Positions 1 through 10,083 of a DNA stretch of 64,000 nucleotides are shown here, piece after piece (the first letter of the stretch is position 1; each line of letters starts with the position of its first letter). The stretch is from positions 28,304-92,303 of the forward strand of contig DAOSWS010000011.1 of assembly GCA_035593605.1 (NCBI GenBank), in the 5' to 3' direction. The stretch comes from Thermoanaerobaculia bacterium (GTDB lineage: Bacteria; Acidobacteriota; Thermoanaerobaculia; UBA2201; DAOSWS01). A model generated the notes under the pieces. It was given only the letters and a program-made list of their open reading frames with translations. It had not been told where the DNA came from and made no database searches. A program made the position numbers and the translations under genes.

Positions 1-2
1 GG

Positions 3-941
3 CTCCAGGAGTCCAGGAAAGAAATTCTGGAGGGATGGGATTTGTGGACCCGCCGCTTTGAACGGATGGCTGCCCTGAGGGAAAGAACCGTCTTTGAACG
101 GACCGGAGGAAAGCTTATCAGGTACGAGCATGAAGTGGTCATATCCGGTCCGGAAAGCCTTCGGGGTTTTTTTGATTACACCGATCTTCGAACCTATTAC
201 TCGGAACGGGAGGGAAATGCTGAATTTTCCATCGTTGCCGCCGACTCCACCCGGGCAACCCGTGAACAGCGGAAACGAGTCGACGACGTGCTCGATCCCT
301 GGTGTGTATCGATTGTCGATTATCTCGACCGACTTCGTACGCTCTATCGCTATGTAGAGTCCAATCCAGAACGGGCACGGACCTGCATGGGACATCTTCT
401 GAACGATATCCTTTCAGCAGAGACACGAAGCGGGCTGGATGATTTAACTGAAGTCGAGCAGGAGATGGTCCAACCCGTCGAGGACGCTATGGCCGATGTG
501 TACCGGGTTCTCCTGGTGAACCAGGGCGAAGCCTTTACCCTGAATGAACTTTCCGACCGGGTCTTCAATCCCTTTCCCGCAGAGTTTCATGTCTCCGTAC
601 CCGGGAAAATTCTGGAAACCGAAGGATTCACCCTTGACCCGGATGGAACCCTTACCACACCGGGCCTTTCCATCTGGAACAGCTACCGCATACTCCAGGA
701 TGAACTGGCCCATCCCGATCCCCTCTCTATTCTGATTGAAACGCATCTCTCCCGGACCCGGTCGTCTTTCGATCTGGATCCTGTGATTGCAGAGCCGCGA
801 TCTGTTCACCCTCCTGCCACAGCGCCTGATCTCAGGACAAAGATTGACGTTGCACTGACTCCCGCACCCCTCTATCGCGTGAAATGGAAGATCCCGGCTC
901 AGGAAGCAGGAAGGGACGAAGAGGCGGGTTCTCAAAGATGA
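3..941 (+). CDS. Hypothetical protein, 5' partial. The ORF track starts at a TTG at 42, but the frame stays open back to the window edge.
   Basis: Long ORF with coding-like composition and no family I recognise. Its stop (939-941) overlaps the ATG (938-940) of the next gene as ATGA, which suggests translational coupling. Confidence 0.45.
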   Translation, partial: LQESRKEILEGWDLWTRRFERMAALRERTVFERTGGKLIRYEHEVVISGPESLRGFFDYTDLRTYYSEREGNAEFSIVAADSTRATREQRKRVDDVLDPWCVSIVDYLDRLRTLYRYVESNPERARTCMGHLLNDILSAETRSGLDDLTEVEQEMVQPVEDAMADVYRVLLVNQGEAFTLNELSDRVFNPFPAEFHVSVPGKILETEGFTLDPDGTLTTPGLSIWNSYRILQDELAHPDPLSILIETHLSRTRSSFDLDPVIAEPRSVHPPATAPDLRTKIDVALTPAPLYRVKWKIPAQEAGRDEEAGSQR

Positions 942-1462
942 GGAGAAAAGATTCCAGAGAGCAGGACTCTCGGAACCCGTCCTATCCGGATAGCTTTGTT
1001 CGGGGAGTCAACCTCTACCATCGCGCCGATTACTGGTGTTCCCATGAAGCCTTCGAGGAACTCTGGCTGGGGAGTGCCGAACCGGAGCGCACGTTTTCCA
1101 AGGCTATGGTCCAGCTGAACGCCGCTCTTTTCCATGCGGGAAGAAAAAAGTGGAATTCCGTCATCAGGCTTCTCACCCGGGTCTCCGCCTATCTCGAATC
1201 GATGCCGCAGGATGTCCTCGGGATTTCGACAGCGGAGCTCAAGGTCTCCGTGGACAAACTCAAAGAAGGCGCCATCGAAGCCCGGGCCGGGAAAAGGGCC
1301 TTTCCGTGGCAGAGGAAACCGGTTCTCCATCCGCCGGGAATTGTTCTCCATGGACGCCGCCGCCTGCGACCCATGGACGGTCCGAAGAGCACCGCACCCC
1401 GCTGGAGGCACGGATCTCCTTCATCCTCTCTCCCGCATCACGGCAAAACTCCCTTCAAATAG
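938..1462 (+). CDS. DUF309-like protein (putative metal-binding)
   Basis: Motif YHRADYWCSHEAFEELW resembles the DUF309 HE..E..W signature. The ATG at 938 overlaps the upstream stop. The ORF-track start at 884 is probably an over-extension. Confidence 0.5.
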   Translation: MRRKDSREQDSRNPSYPDSFVRGVNLYHRADYWCSHEAFEELWLGSAEPERTFSKAMVQLNAALFHAGRKKWNSVIRLLTRVSAYLESMPQDVLGISTAELKVSVDKLKEGAIEARAGKRAFPWQRKPVLHPPGIVLHGRRRLRPMDGPKSTAPRWRHGSPSSSLPHHGKTPFK

Positions 1463-1508
1463 CGGATTTCCCGTGAGTTTGGAATCGGGTTTGTTCAGAA
1501 GGACCGCA

Positions 1509-3086
1509 TCACGGGAAGAGTGCCCGGCACTCATATACTTCGTGGACGCGGTCCTTCCCGAAGGCCACCGTGGTTTCGATATACCGGCGGAGCTCATCCC
1601 GGTGCCTGGATAAGGGAGGATCGTCCTCCAGGACGTCCATCACGGAGTGGCCAAAACGGCTCAGGGCTTCCACCACTTCCTCTGCGGGAACTTCTTCCGC
1701 AAACCTCTTTTCCGCCATATCGGCACAATGATCCATGAAGACCGAGCGCCGATCGGAGACGATAGAATTCATCAGGGAGTGAAGCAGCATCTTTCCCTCC
1801 CAGATCATCGTATCGGGATTCATGGACCGATAGTGGCTCAGGATGATATTTCCATGGCCCTGAAGAACATCCGCGGCAATTCGGGTCAGGATCTTTGTCT
1901 CCAGTGTTCGAAGCCGGTGGTGGATCTTAAGGTTCACGGCAGAGCGATCTTTGTGCAGAAATGCGTAGTTCCTCTGTGTCCACTCCAGGGGATCGGACCT
2001 CATGTTTTCCACGATGAAGGGAATTCTCCGCAATACCTGCAGACGCGGAGAGGGTTCCCATCCCAGGAGATGGCGGGTGCGGGAGGCATTGATCCAGAGC
2101 TGGCGGTCGATGTGACCGGCCATCCAGGGACATTCAAAGGGAAGGCGATGGAACGCACGATAGAGGTGATATCGGAGAGAGATACCCAGTCTGCATAACG
2201 GAATCGGCATATGACGAGGCGGAACCACCTGCCCGTAGTAGGCACGGGTCGAAGATTCATAGAGTTCCCTGTGCGTTACCGCTCCATCCCACGATGGAAT
2301 CAGAACCGAACCGGGAGGGATGATCTCCCGCTTCTGCAACAGGAGGCGAATAAACCGTACCAGATCTCTCATATGCAGGAAGGGTATGGCCGATTCTCCC
2401 CGTCCGGCCATGATTCTCGAAGCCCACCGTCCGGAAAGCCATGTCGTCATAAAGTGATAGAGCGGCGGATAATCGCACCAGTCGGAGAAGATGGCGGGAA
2501 ACCGGATAATCATCGAATCAAAATGATCCCTGTACTCCGGCAGCATCCGCTCTCCCATCGCCTTGGTGCGGGCGTAGATATGCTTTCCATCGGGAGGAGA
2601 GGATTCATCCAGAGACTGGTCGGCTTCCGGATAGTCACAGGCCGCCAGGGAGGAAATGAAGATAAATCGCCGCACTCCGATCTGCTTTGCCGCGTTCAGG
2701 ACATTCCGTGTACCGGTCACATTGGTGGACTGGTAGGCCGGATTCTCATCCTGTTTGAAATCATAATAGGCCGCCATGTGGAGAACCGTGTCGATGGTTC
2801 CCCCTTCCGCAGCCTCGCGAAATGCGTTAACCAGGGGTTCTTCATCGGAAATGTCGGCCTGGAAATATTTAATTTCCCTGGAAATGGGTACATCGATCTG
2901 TGAGGGGTGACGTCTGCCGAAGGCCGAAATGTCCCAGTCCTGCCTGAGTGCATCGACGATATGCCTCCCCGCGAATCCCGTTGCACCGGTGATGAGGAGA
3001 CGGCCCTCGATGCTCACGGTAGCACCGCCTGAATGCCTGATTTCCTGTGTCCCCGTTTCCATCTCAATCGTGGAGTCATGTTCCAT
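1509..3086 (-). CDS. NAD-dependent epimerase/dehydratase family protein (SDR) with a ~250-aa C-terminal extension
   Basis: Rossmann motif LITGATGFAGRHIV. Start re-placed to MEHDS..., preceded by AAGGAGG on the minus strand (revcomp of 3087-3100); the ORF-track start at 3251 has no RBS. Confidence 0.8.
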   Translation of the reverse strand: MEHDSTIEMETGTQEIRHSGGATVSIEGRLLITGATGFAGRHIVDALRQDWDISAFGRRHPSQIDVPISREIKYFQADISDEEPLVNAFREAAEGGTIDTVLHMAAYYDFKQDENPAYQSTNVTGTRNVLNAAKQIGVRRFIFISSLAACDYPEADQSLDESSPPDGKHIYARTKAMGERMLPEYRDHFDSMIIRFPAIFSDWCDYPPLYHFMTTWLSGRWASRIMAGRGESAIPFLHMRDLVRFIRLLLQKREIIPPGSVLIPSWDGAVTHRELYESSTRAYYGQVVPPRHMPIPLCRLGISLRYHLYRAFHRLPFECPWMAGHIDRQLWINASRTRHLLGWEPSPRLQVLRRIPFIVENMRSDPLEWTQRNYAFLHKDRSAVNLKIHHRLRTLETKILTRIAADVLQGHGNIILSHYRSMNPDTMIWEGKMLLHSLMNSIVSDRRSVFMDHCADMAEKRFAEEVPAEEVVEALSRFGHSVMDVLEDDPPLSRHRDELRRYIETTVAFGKDRVHEVYECRALFP

Positions 3087-3165
3087 GCCTCCTTTTTTCC
3101 TCGTCTCTCCCGCGCTTTCCTCTCCCATTATACTCCCGATGGTAGAATGGGGCAGGGAGGAACGC

Positions 3166-4449
3166 ATGGGACACATGACCACACGGGACGGATACCGGTC
3201 CCTCGTCGATCGAATCAATCGATTTCCACAGGGAGCCCCACCTTCTGACACACTTTACGCAATTCTGAAGCTCCTTTTTTCCGAAGAAGAAGCTTCCCGG
3301 GTCGCCCACCTGCCCATTCGTCCCTTCACTTCAAAACAGGCGGCACGAATCTGGAACATGAAGATCACGGACGCCGAAAAGATTCTTGATGCCCTCGCGG
3401 GACGGGGGATTCTTCTGGATGTGGAACTCAGGGGACAATCTCATTACGTCCTCCCCCCTCCGATGGCCGGTTTTTTCGAATTCTCTCTCATGCGCCTTCG
3501 AGCCGATATCGATCAGAAGAATTTGTCCGAGCTACTCTTCCAGTATCTCAATGTCGAGGAGGATTTCATCCGGACTCTCTTCACAACCGGAGACACCCAG
3601 CTGGGACGCGTGATGGTCCACGAAGAATCCCTTTCTCCGGACCTTTCCTTTCATGTGATGGACTACGAGCGGGCCAGTGATGTTGTTCGGCACTCCTCAA
3701 CCATGGCAGTCGGTATCTGTTACTGCCGCCACAAGATGCTCCATCTTGATCGGGCGTGCAAGGCACCGCTCAATATCTGCATGACCTTCGGTTCCGTCGC
3801 ACGATCCCTGATCAAACACGGCATCACCCGGGAAGTCGATCACTCGGAAGGGATAGACCTTCTTCAGGAGGCGCGGGATCGGAAACTGGTCCATTTCGCC
3901 GAAAACGTCAGAGAAAATGTAAGCTTTATCTGCAACTGCTGCGGCTGCTGCTGTGAGGCCATGATCGCCGCTCGGCGCTTTGCCCACCTTCACCCCGTAC
4001 ACACCACAAACTATCTGCCGTCCGTGCGGAGTGATCTCTGTACCGGATGTGGAAAGTGCGCGGATGCCTGCCCCGTGGAGGCGATGACGATGGTATCCGC
4101 CAACGATCCCCGAAAGACACGACGCAAAGTTGCAAAGCTGGATGAGAACATTTGTCTCGGATGCGGAGTTTGCGTCACCGAATGTTCCGAAAGGGCGCTT
4201 CAATTGAAGACACGGGACGAACAGGTCATCACTCCGGTGAATTCAGCTCACAGGGTCGTCGCCATGGCTATTGAGCGGGGCAAACTCCAGAACCTCATCT
4301 TCGACAACGGTGCCATGTCCAGCCACAGAGCCATGGCTGCCATCCTGGGGGTGATCCTGAAGATGCCTCCCGTCAAACAGGTCATGGCCTCAAAGCAGGT
4401 GAAATCCCGTTACCTGGATCGACTCCTGTCCAGGGGTTCTATCGCCTGA
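3166..4449 (+). CDS. 4Fe-4S dicluster ferredoxin-domain protein with Cys-rich CNCCGCCCE motif
   Basis: Two CxxCxxCxxxCP motifs (CTGCGKCADACP, CLGCGVCVTECS) plus ICNCCGCCCEAM. The ATG at 3166 is preceded by AGGGAGG (3154-3160). It is divergent from the epimerase gene. Confidence 0.75.
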   Translation: MGHMTTRDGYRSLVDRINRFPQGAPPSDTLYAILKLLFSEEEASRVAHLPIRPFTSKQAARIWNMKITDAEKILDALAGRGILLDVELRGQSHYVLPPPMAGFFEFSLMRLRADIDQKNLSELLFQYLNVEEDFIRTLFTTGDTQLGRVMVHEESLSPDLSFHVMDYERASDVVRHSSTMAVGICYCRHKMLHLDRACKAPLNICMTFGSVARSLIKHGITREVDHSEGIDLLQEARDRKLVHFAENVRENVSFICNCCGCCCEAMIAARRFAHLHPVHTTNYLPSVRSDLCTGCGKCADACPVEAMTMVSANDPRKTRRKVAKLDENICLGCGVCVTECSERALQLKTRDEQVITPVNSAHRVVAMAIERGKLQNLIFDNGAMSSHRAMAAILGVILKMPPVKQVMASKQVKSRYLDRLLSRGSIA

Positions 4450-4477
4450 TTGTTACGGATCAGAGAAAAAGAATGAA

Positions 4478-5683
4478 TTAGTTCTTGGGCCAGGTCCGGG
4501 AGGTACGTTCCACTTCGCGCAGAACACGGAAAATATTACCTCCAAGGATCTTTGCAACGTCTTCCGGGCTGTACCCGCGGTCCAGAAGAGCTTCCGTAAT
4601 TTTGGGATACCCGGTCACATCTTCCAGACCGATGGGGAAGGAGCCGGCACCGTCATAATCCGAACCCAGGCCAACGTGATCAATGCCTGCGACATGAACG
4701 ATGTGGTCAATGTGATCGATCAGCCGATCCAGGCCGGGCCGGTCGGGCCCCTTCTCCTTCCACAACTGACCGATCGCCTGCCAGTAGGCCCCCTTATCGT
4801 CCGCGTAAGTCTTTTTCAGCTCTTCATACACGGGTTCCATGGAGGTTCGAAATTCCTTTGCCTTTTTCGCATAGTCACTATCGATGTACTCGGCATAGAA
4901 GTTCACCTGTACGGTGCCTCCTGCTTCCGCGATGGCACGCAGGAGGTCATCGGGTAAGTTCCGGGGCGTATCACAAACGGCCCGTGCGCCGGAGTGCGAC
5001 GCCATGACCGGTGCCCTGGAGACATGGAGGACATCCCGGACGGCATCGTCGGACAGGTGGGACACGTCGACGACCATGCCCAGACGGTTCATTTCCGTGA
5101 CTACCTCTTTTCCAAAGGGACTCAGCCCTCCCCATTTCGGCGGGCTGTCCGTCGAGGAATCACAGATCGAATTGTGCTTTACATGGGTAAGGGTGATCGC
5201 TCGAACTCCGAGACGATAATACGTACGAAGCATGGAAAGCTTCCCCTCGATCGGTCCCCCGTTTTCCATGCTGATCAGGATTGCCCTGCGTCCTTCCCTG
5301 TGAAGTCGAAGAATATCGCTTGAATTTCGCGCAATTTCAGCTCTCTCCCCGTACCGTCCAACCTGGTTGCAGATTTCATCCAGCAGGGTAAAGGCCCGTT
5401 CGGAAGGATGGTCCATGTCCTGATCGTTGGGAACAAAAACGGCAAAGAAAACAGCATCGAGACCTCCTTCCACCATGCGGAGGAGATCAAGGTCCGCCCG
5501 GGGTTCCCGGGTCCCGATATCGACGTGTCCGTAATACATGGCCAGGGGAGAGTCGACATGGGTATCAAAGACGAGGGCCTTCTCGTGGATGGCCTGCGGT
5601 GAGGCGGGTTCCTTCGCCGCCCCATATCCTGAAAGGGTTGCAATCTGCAATACAACGAATGCGAATACCGCGATCCGTTTCAT
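4478..5683 (-). CDS. Membrane dipeptidase, peptidase family M19 (renal dipeptidase-like), secreted
   Basis: N-terminal signal peptide, HVDSP and DVSHLSD motifs, and overall M19 architecture. Confidence 0.85.
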   Translation of the reverse strand: MKRIAVFAFVVLQIATLSGYGAAKEPASPQAIHEKALVFDTHVDSPLAMYYGHVDIGTREPRADLDLLRMVEGGLDAVFFAVFVPNDQDMDHPSERAFTLLDEICNQVGRYGERAEIARNSSDILRLHREGRRAILISMENGGPIEGKLSMLRTYYRLGVRAITLTHVKHNSICDSSTDSPPKWGGLSPFGKEVVTEMNRLGMVVDVSHLSDDAVRDVLHVSRAPVMASHSGARAVCDTPRNLPDDLLRAIAEAGGTVQVNFYAEYIDSDYAKKAKEFRTSMEPVYEELKKTYADDKGAYWQAIGQLWKEKGPDRPGLDRLIDHIDHIVHVAGIDHVGLGSDYDGAGSFPIGLEDVTGYPKITEALLDRGYSPEDVAKILGGNIFRVLREVERTSRTWPKN

Positions 5684-5730
5684 ATCAGGGATTTACCGGG
5701 CAACGAAACACAGGGTACGCGCCATGCTAC

Positions 5731-7719
5731 TCAGCGGCCGGCGACGGGGTCAACGAATTCTTTCTGGTTTGTGTAACAGCTGGGTGTGTAGGCGGCCCCA
5801 TCCGTCGTATGGGGAAATCCCCCCCACAGAAGAATCCTGGAACCGGTCCATACGCACCTGGCCCAGTATCGTGCGGTGGGCATTCCGTTCATAGACGTAG
5901 GTGTCCACGTATCGAGACCGGGACGATAAAGTCCGCCCGTGTCCAGAAAGTCATCGTCCGGATTGTCCGAAGCATCGACCCACCCCCAGCCACCCCACAC
6001 GAAGAGTTCACGCCCCGTGTAACAGGCAGTGTGGACGTCACGGGCCGTGGGTGCACCTTCGGTGGAAATTTCTGACCATGTGTCCGTTCTCAGGTCGTAG
6101 AGAGCACCGGTCTGGGAGAAGGTGCCATCCCATCCTCCCCAGATAAGAACTCCGTTCCCGGTCAGAAAGGCTCCGATGGATGTTCGGGGAGAAGGCGTAT
6201 TGTCTACCGAAATGGCGGACCAGGAATTATTCGCAGGATCATATCGTCCGCCCGTGTACTGGTAAAGACCTTCCCCATAGCCGCCCCAGACCACCATTTC
6301 GGTACCCGTCCACACGGCCATGTCTCCATTTCGTCCGGGAGGCGCCGTTGTATCCAGAACGGACGACCAGGTATCCTCAACAGGATCGTAGATGCCGCCC
6401 GTCTCAAAGTAATCGGCACCATTCCAGCCGCCCCATACAATCATCTTCGTTCCGGTCCATACCGCGAAGAAGGCCGCCCGTGCATCCGGAGCGTCTTCCA
6501 CACTGGTGAAGGTCCAGGTATCGGAAACCGGGTCATAGAGTCCGCCAGACTGTTTAAAGGTGCTTTCAATGTTGGACGCATATCCCCGGCCGCCCCAGAC
6601 CAGCATTCGGCTCCCGGTCCAGAAGGCCCGGTGATAGTATCGCGCGGTGGGGACGTTTTCCTCTGAAGTGGGGGACCATGCGTCGAGCGCCGGATTGTAT
6701 CGGCCGCCTGAATATTCGTAGCGATAGGTCATCCCACCCCACACGATCATTTCCGCTCCCGTCCAAACGATGGTATGGCGGTCCCTGCCTTCAGGGGCTC
6801 CATCAATGGACATCGCATGCCACTGATCCGGTTCGCAATCATAGGATTCAAAGATCGAGGGCGGAACCTGGGAGACAATCCTGGAAGCTTTTTCCGGGAG
6901 GTCCCTCAGAAGATCCCCGGGCTTCATGGCCTGAATCTGACGATCAAGCCAGGGCCGGGGATGGATTTTGGACACCTGTATCGTCTCCATTTCCGCAGAA
7001 GATGTACCCCGTCGAAGAACACGGCGTAGCATAAAAGAGTCCCGATACTCCGAGGCCGACCATACGCGGTCATCTCCGGGCAGCCCGGAAAAAAAGCTGT
7101 AAAAGGCTGTTGGAGGCAGGGTGATGGCATCGGAGTCCGTGTCATAGGGAAGAACCTCGGGCTCGACAAGGACGACATTGTCCCTGAAGTATTCAACACC
7201 ATAGAGCTTCGCAAGAAACTCGGGGTCGACACTGTCCGCTCGAGCCATGAGCGTATGGAGCAGATGCCTCCTGGCAGCATGAATTTCAGCATCCGCTGAA
7301 AAGTGACGAAGAAAACGCCTTTCGGCGACGAGAGGACGGAGGACAATTTCCCGTATCAGGATCGGATTGTATTCCAGTGCTCGATAAAGATCATTCAGCA
7401 TGGCCGGGTCGTTGGTATCCCGGAGCACGCGATCCCATTCCGCATCCAGGTCGGCCTGGGTGACGGGATCATTCCAGCGATCCTTCAGGATCCTGCACTC
7501 GGCAAGAGAGTAGATTACCCTGGTGCGAATCATATTCAGCACGTCGTGGTTCAGAACCCACGGACCATGATCAATTCGGTGGTCCTGGTAAACCTTTTCA
7601 ACAGCCGCCCTGAGAGCAACACGACCTTCAAGGTTAAGGTCCACGGAAGCTGGATCGGCTGTAACGGCTCCTGCCGCGAAGAGAAGGGCGGCACCGAGCC
7701 GGAGAAATCTGCGTTGCAT
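5731..7719 (-). CDS. Secreted Kelch-repeat beta-propeller protein with an unknown ~290-aa N-terminal domain
   Basis: About 8 tandem repeats of the pattern AP.AR..H.AVWTG.EM.VWGG. It has a signal peptide, and GAGGAGG precedes the start. Confidence 0.8.
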   Translation of the reverse strand: MQRRFLRLGAALLFAAGAVTADPASVDLNLEGRVALRAAVEKVYQDHRIDHGPWVLNHDVLNMIRTRVIYSLAECRILKDRWNDPVTQADLDAEWDRVLRDTNDPAMLNDLYRALEYNPILIREIVLRPLVAERRFLRHFSADAEIHAARRHLLHTLMARADSVDPEFLAKLYGVEYFRDNVVLVEPEVLPYDTDSDAITLPPTAFYSFFSGLPGDDRVWSASEYRDSFMLRRVLRRGTSSAEMETIQVSKIHPRPWLDRQIQAMKPGDLLRDLPEKASRIVSQVPPSIFESYDCEPDQWHAMSIDGAPEGRDRHTIVWTGAEMIVWGGMTYRYEYSGGRYNPALDAWSPTSEENVPTARYYHRAFWTGSRMLVWGGRGYASNIESTFKQSGGLYDPVSDTWTFTSVEDAPDARAAFFAVWTGTKMIVWGGWNGADYFETGGIYDPVEDTWSSVLDTTAPPGRNGDMAVWTGTEMVVWGGYGEGLYQYTGGRYDPANNSWSAISVDNTPSPRTSIGAFLTGNGVLIWGGWDGTFSQTGALYDLRTDTWSEISTEGAPTARDVHTACYTGRELFVWGGWGWVDASDNPDDDFLDTGGLYRPGLDTWTPTSMNGMPTARYWARCVWTGSRILLWGGFPHTTDGAAYTPSCYTNQKEFVDPVAGR

Positions 7720-7901
7720 ACAAAACCTCCTCAGGTACGAAACCTAATGATAACACAGGAACGGCTGACGTTCCCCTCTTTTACGTCCCAAAGAACACAG
7801 ATGTTGTCAGGATTTCCGGCCTCTGCGGGTATCCTCGAACTGATACAATGGCTCCATGGCGATCCTTCGGCGGAAACTCTACATGATCCAGAGACAACTT
7901 C

Positions 7902-8771
7902 ATGACTGAGCTGCACTCTTCCGGGTTCCATTGGCTGGTTCAGACCACACTCATTCTGGTTTTTGTTTTTGGAGCCGTTTTGATTCTCATTTCCCTCATG
8001 GAGTCATGGTTTATCTACTTCCCGGACCGCTCCACAACCGACCTGGACCGGAATTTCGATATCCTTTCAAGGTCATCCACGGTCTCTTCGGTGGAAAATG
8101 TCACCTTTGAAACAGCCGACAGCCTTCTTCTTCACGGCTGGTATTGCAGTGCACGGGGAGAAAAGGGGAACCGGCCCGTCGTTCTCTTTTTCCACGGGAA
8201 CGCGGGAAATCTGCCCCACCGTTTGGAAATCCTCTCCACTCTCCTCCGCCTGCCTGCCGATGTATTCATTTATGATTACAGGGGATACGGCCGGAGCCAG
8301 GGTAAACCTTCTGAAAAGGGTCTCTACCGGGACGGTGCGGCCGCCTTTGACGACCTGACACAGAGACGCTCCATCCCTGCGAACCGCATTCTTCTCTATG
8401 GCGAATCGCTTGGCGGCGCGGTAGCCGCCCAGGTCGCCGTGGAGAAAAATCCCGGGGGCCTGATCCTTCAGTCCACCTTCACGTCCATCCGGGACATGGC
8501 GGCCGCAGCCATGCCCTGGGTTCCCCCATTCCTGATCCGTACCCGGATGGATACGGTTCGAAAAATTCCGTTCGTACGGTGCCCCATCTTGGTGATCCAC
8601 GGTACGAAGGATGATATTGTCCCCGAGTCGATGGGGAAAGCGCTCTGGAAAGCCGCAGGAGAAAAGGCAACGTTTCTGGAAATTTCCGGAGCAGGCCACA
8701 ACGATATCGATACAATTGGTTCGGACCAGATCCTGTCCGGCGTCCGCGAGTTTATCGATTCATTGAACTGA
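7902..8771 (+). CDS. Alpha/beta hydrolase fold protein with N-terminal TM anchor
   Basis: GxSxG nucleophile elbow GESLGG, an HGNAGN oxyanion region, and a C-terminal HGTKDD...GAGHND region. Confidence 0.75.
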   Translation: MTELHSSGFHWLVQTTLILVFVFGAVLILISLMESWFIYFPDRSTTDLDRNFDILSRSSTVSSVENVTFETADSLLLHGWYCSARGEKGNRPVVLFFHGNAGNLPHRLEILSTLLRLPADVFIYDYRGYGRSQGKPSEKGLYRDGAAAFDDLTQRRSIPANRILLYGESLGGAVAAQVAVEKNPGGLILQSTFTSIRDMAAAAMPWVPPFLIRTRMDTVRKIPFVRCPILVIHGTKDDIVPESMGKALWKAAGEKATFLEISGAGHNDIDTIGSDQILSGVREFIDSLN

Positions 8772-8793
8772 GCGGCCTTACGCCGGAACGGTT

Positions 8794-9273
8794 TCAGTCT
8801 TGAGGATCTTCTTCCTCTGCCCACTCTGCATCTTCGACAGGATAAAACGATTCCAGGATTTCCCTTGCCCGTGCTTCATCCCTCTCATGAACGAAGAGAG
8901 GAATCTTCAAGGGAGCCGGGTACGTCCCCACCGCTCCGATAATTGCAGGGTCCAGTTCCTTGGTAAAGGCCACAATCCCTTCTTCCTCCAGCGCTGCCAT
9001 GACCTGCTGAAGGAGAAAGGGATCTTCGAATTTCTCCAGGATCGTAACTTTCCCATATGGATCGACGGATCGAGGAACGTCCGATACGGTGGAAGGTGGA
9101 AGATCGTGAGAGGGTGAAGGAGCCTTCAACCCCCGCAATGCCGCTTCGGCCCGGATCAGATCGTACGCTTCCGGACGGAATTCTTCGGATCCCCTGGACA
9201 GGTAATCGAGGAGAACCTCATCCGACAGTCTGGAAAACTGCCGCTTCAGCCGGTTGTACTCTTCCGGCTCCAC
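8794..9273 (-). CDS. DUF2007-like small protein (putative signal-transducing fold)
   Basis: Weak resemblance to DUF2007 (VTILEKFEDPF...LFVHERDEARAREIL). It sits immediately downstream of the lipoprotein gene on the same strand. Confidence 0.45.
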   Translation of the reverse strand: MEPEEYNRLKRQFSRLSDEVLLDYLSRGSEEFRPEAYDLIRAEAALRGLKAPSPSHDLPPSTVSDVPRSVDPYGKVTILEKFEDPFLLQQVMAALEEEGIVAFTKELDPAIIGAVGTYPAPLKIPLFVHERDEARAREILESFYPVEDAEWAEEEDPQD

Positions 9274-9276
9274 GAT

Positions 9277-9954
9277 CTACTTGAGAACATCGAAGTCGAT
9301 GTCTCCCAGAAAGTCCTTGATCGTCTCCATGGGGACCCCGGACGATCCGTTAATTTCAACCAGGTATCGGTCGTCAAAGATATAGGTCAGTTCCCCATCC
9401 TGATCCGCTTTCTGCCACTTTTCGTATCCCTTGTGCCCCTTGAACTCGAAGACCTTTTCGTACCCGTTTGAATCTTCATGCCTGACATTCATGGCCATAA
9501 ACATGCGCGCTCCGGCCAGCAGGGCACTCATGGTTCCGGAATCGGAGATTTTGACAAAGACGGAGGTGTCCCCCTTCTCATATGTGGCTTCCACGTGAGA
9601 AGACTCAACGGAGCCCATGGCATCACGGGAATAGAAGGGTTCTCCCCGGCTCCAGCCGCCGACATCTGGAAGAGCCTTCATGAGCGTGGCTTCATCGGCG
9701 ACGACGATCTCTCCGCCCTGCTGTTTTTCAGACGCTTCCTTCATACCTTTGGCAAATTCCTGCATCGCTTCAAAGGGATTGGCTTCCTCAGTCTTTTTCG
9801 TGTCACTCTTTTCCGCGGTGTCGGATTTTTCTTCCTTCTGGCTGGAGGCCCTCTGATCGGACCCGCCGATAAACTTCTGAATGACCTTCTTGAAACAGGC
9901 CGTAGAGCCCATGGCCAGAATGACACACAGGGAAAGCATGAGAATCTTTTTCAT
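9277..9954 (-). CDS. Lipoprotein, hypothetical
   Basis: Signal peptide with lipobox-like LAMGSTAC and a low-complexity Lys/Glu-rich linker. Confidence 0.55.
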   Translation of the reverse strand: MKKILMLSLCVILAMGSTACFKKVIQKFIGGSDQRASSQKEEKSDTAEKSDTKKTEEANPFEAMQEFAKGMKEASEKQQGGEIVVADEATLMKALPDVGGWSRGEPFYSRDAMGSVESSHVEATYEKGDTSVFVKISDSGTMSALLAGARMFMAMNVRHEDSNGYEKVFEFKGHKGYEKWQKADQDGELTYIFDDRYLVEINGSSGVPMETIKDFLGDIDFDVLK

Positions 9955-10083
9955 AGAAACCTCCTGACCCCGTGATTATACTCTGAATCGGGCATTGCTG
10001 AAGAGAAGGAAGGATAGAGGAATCCGGATAGAAAAAGAGAAAAAGCTGCAATTTCTTCTTAACCTGGAACCGGATGAACAGGA

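Noticed and set aside
2211-4203. ORFs at 2211-2903 (+) and 3697-4203 (-)
   Set aside because: They are antisense to the epimerase and ferredoxin genes respectively. They have no RBS and no family resemblance.
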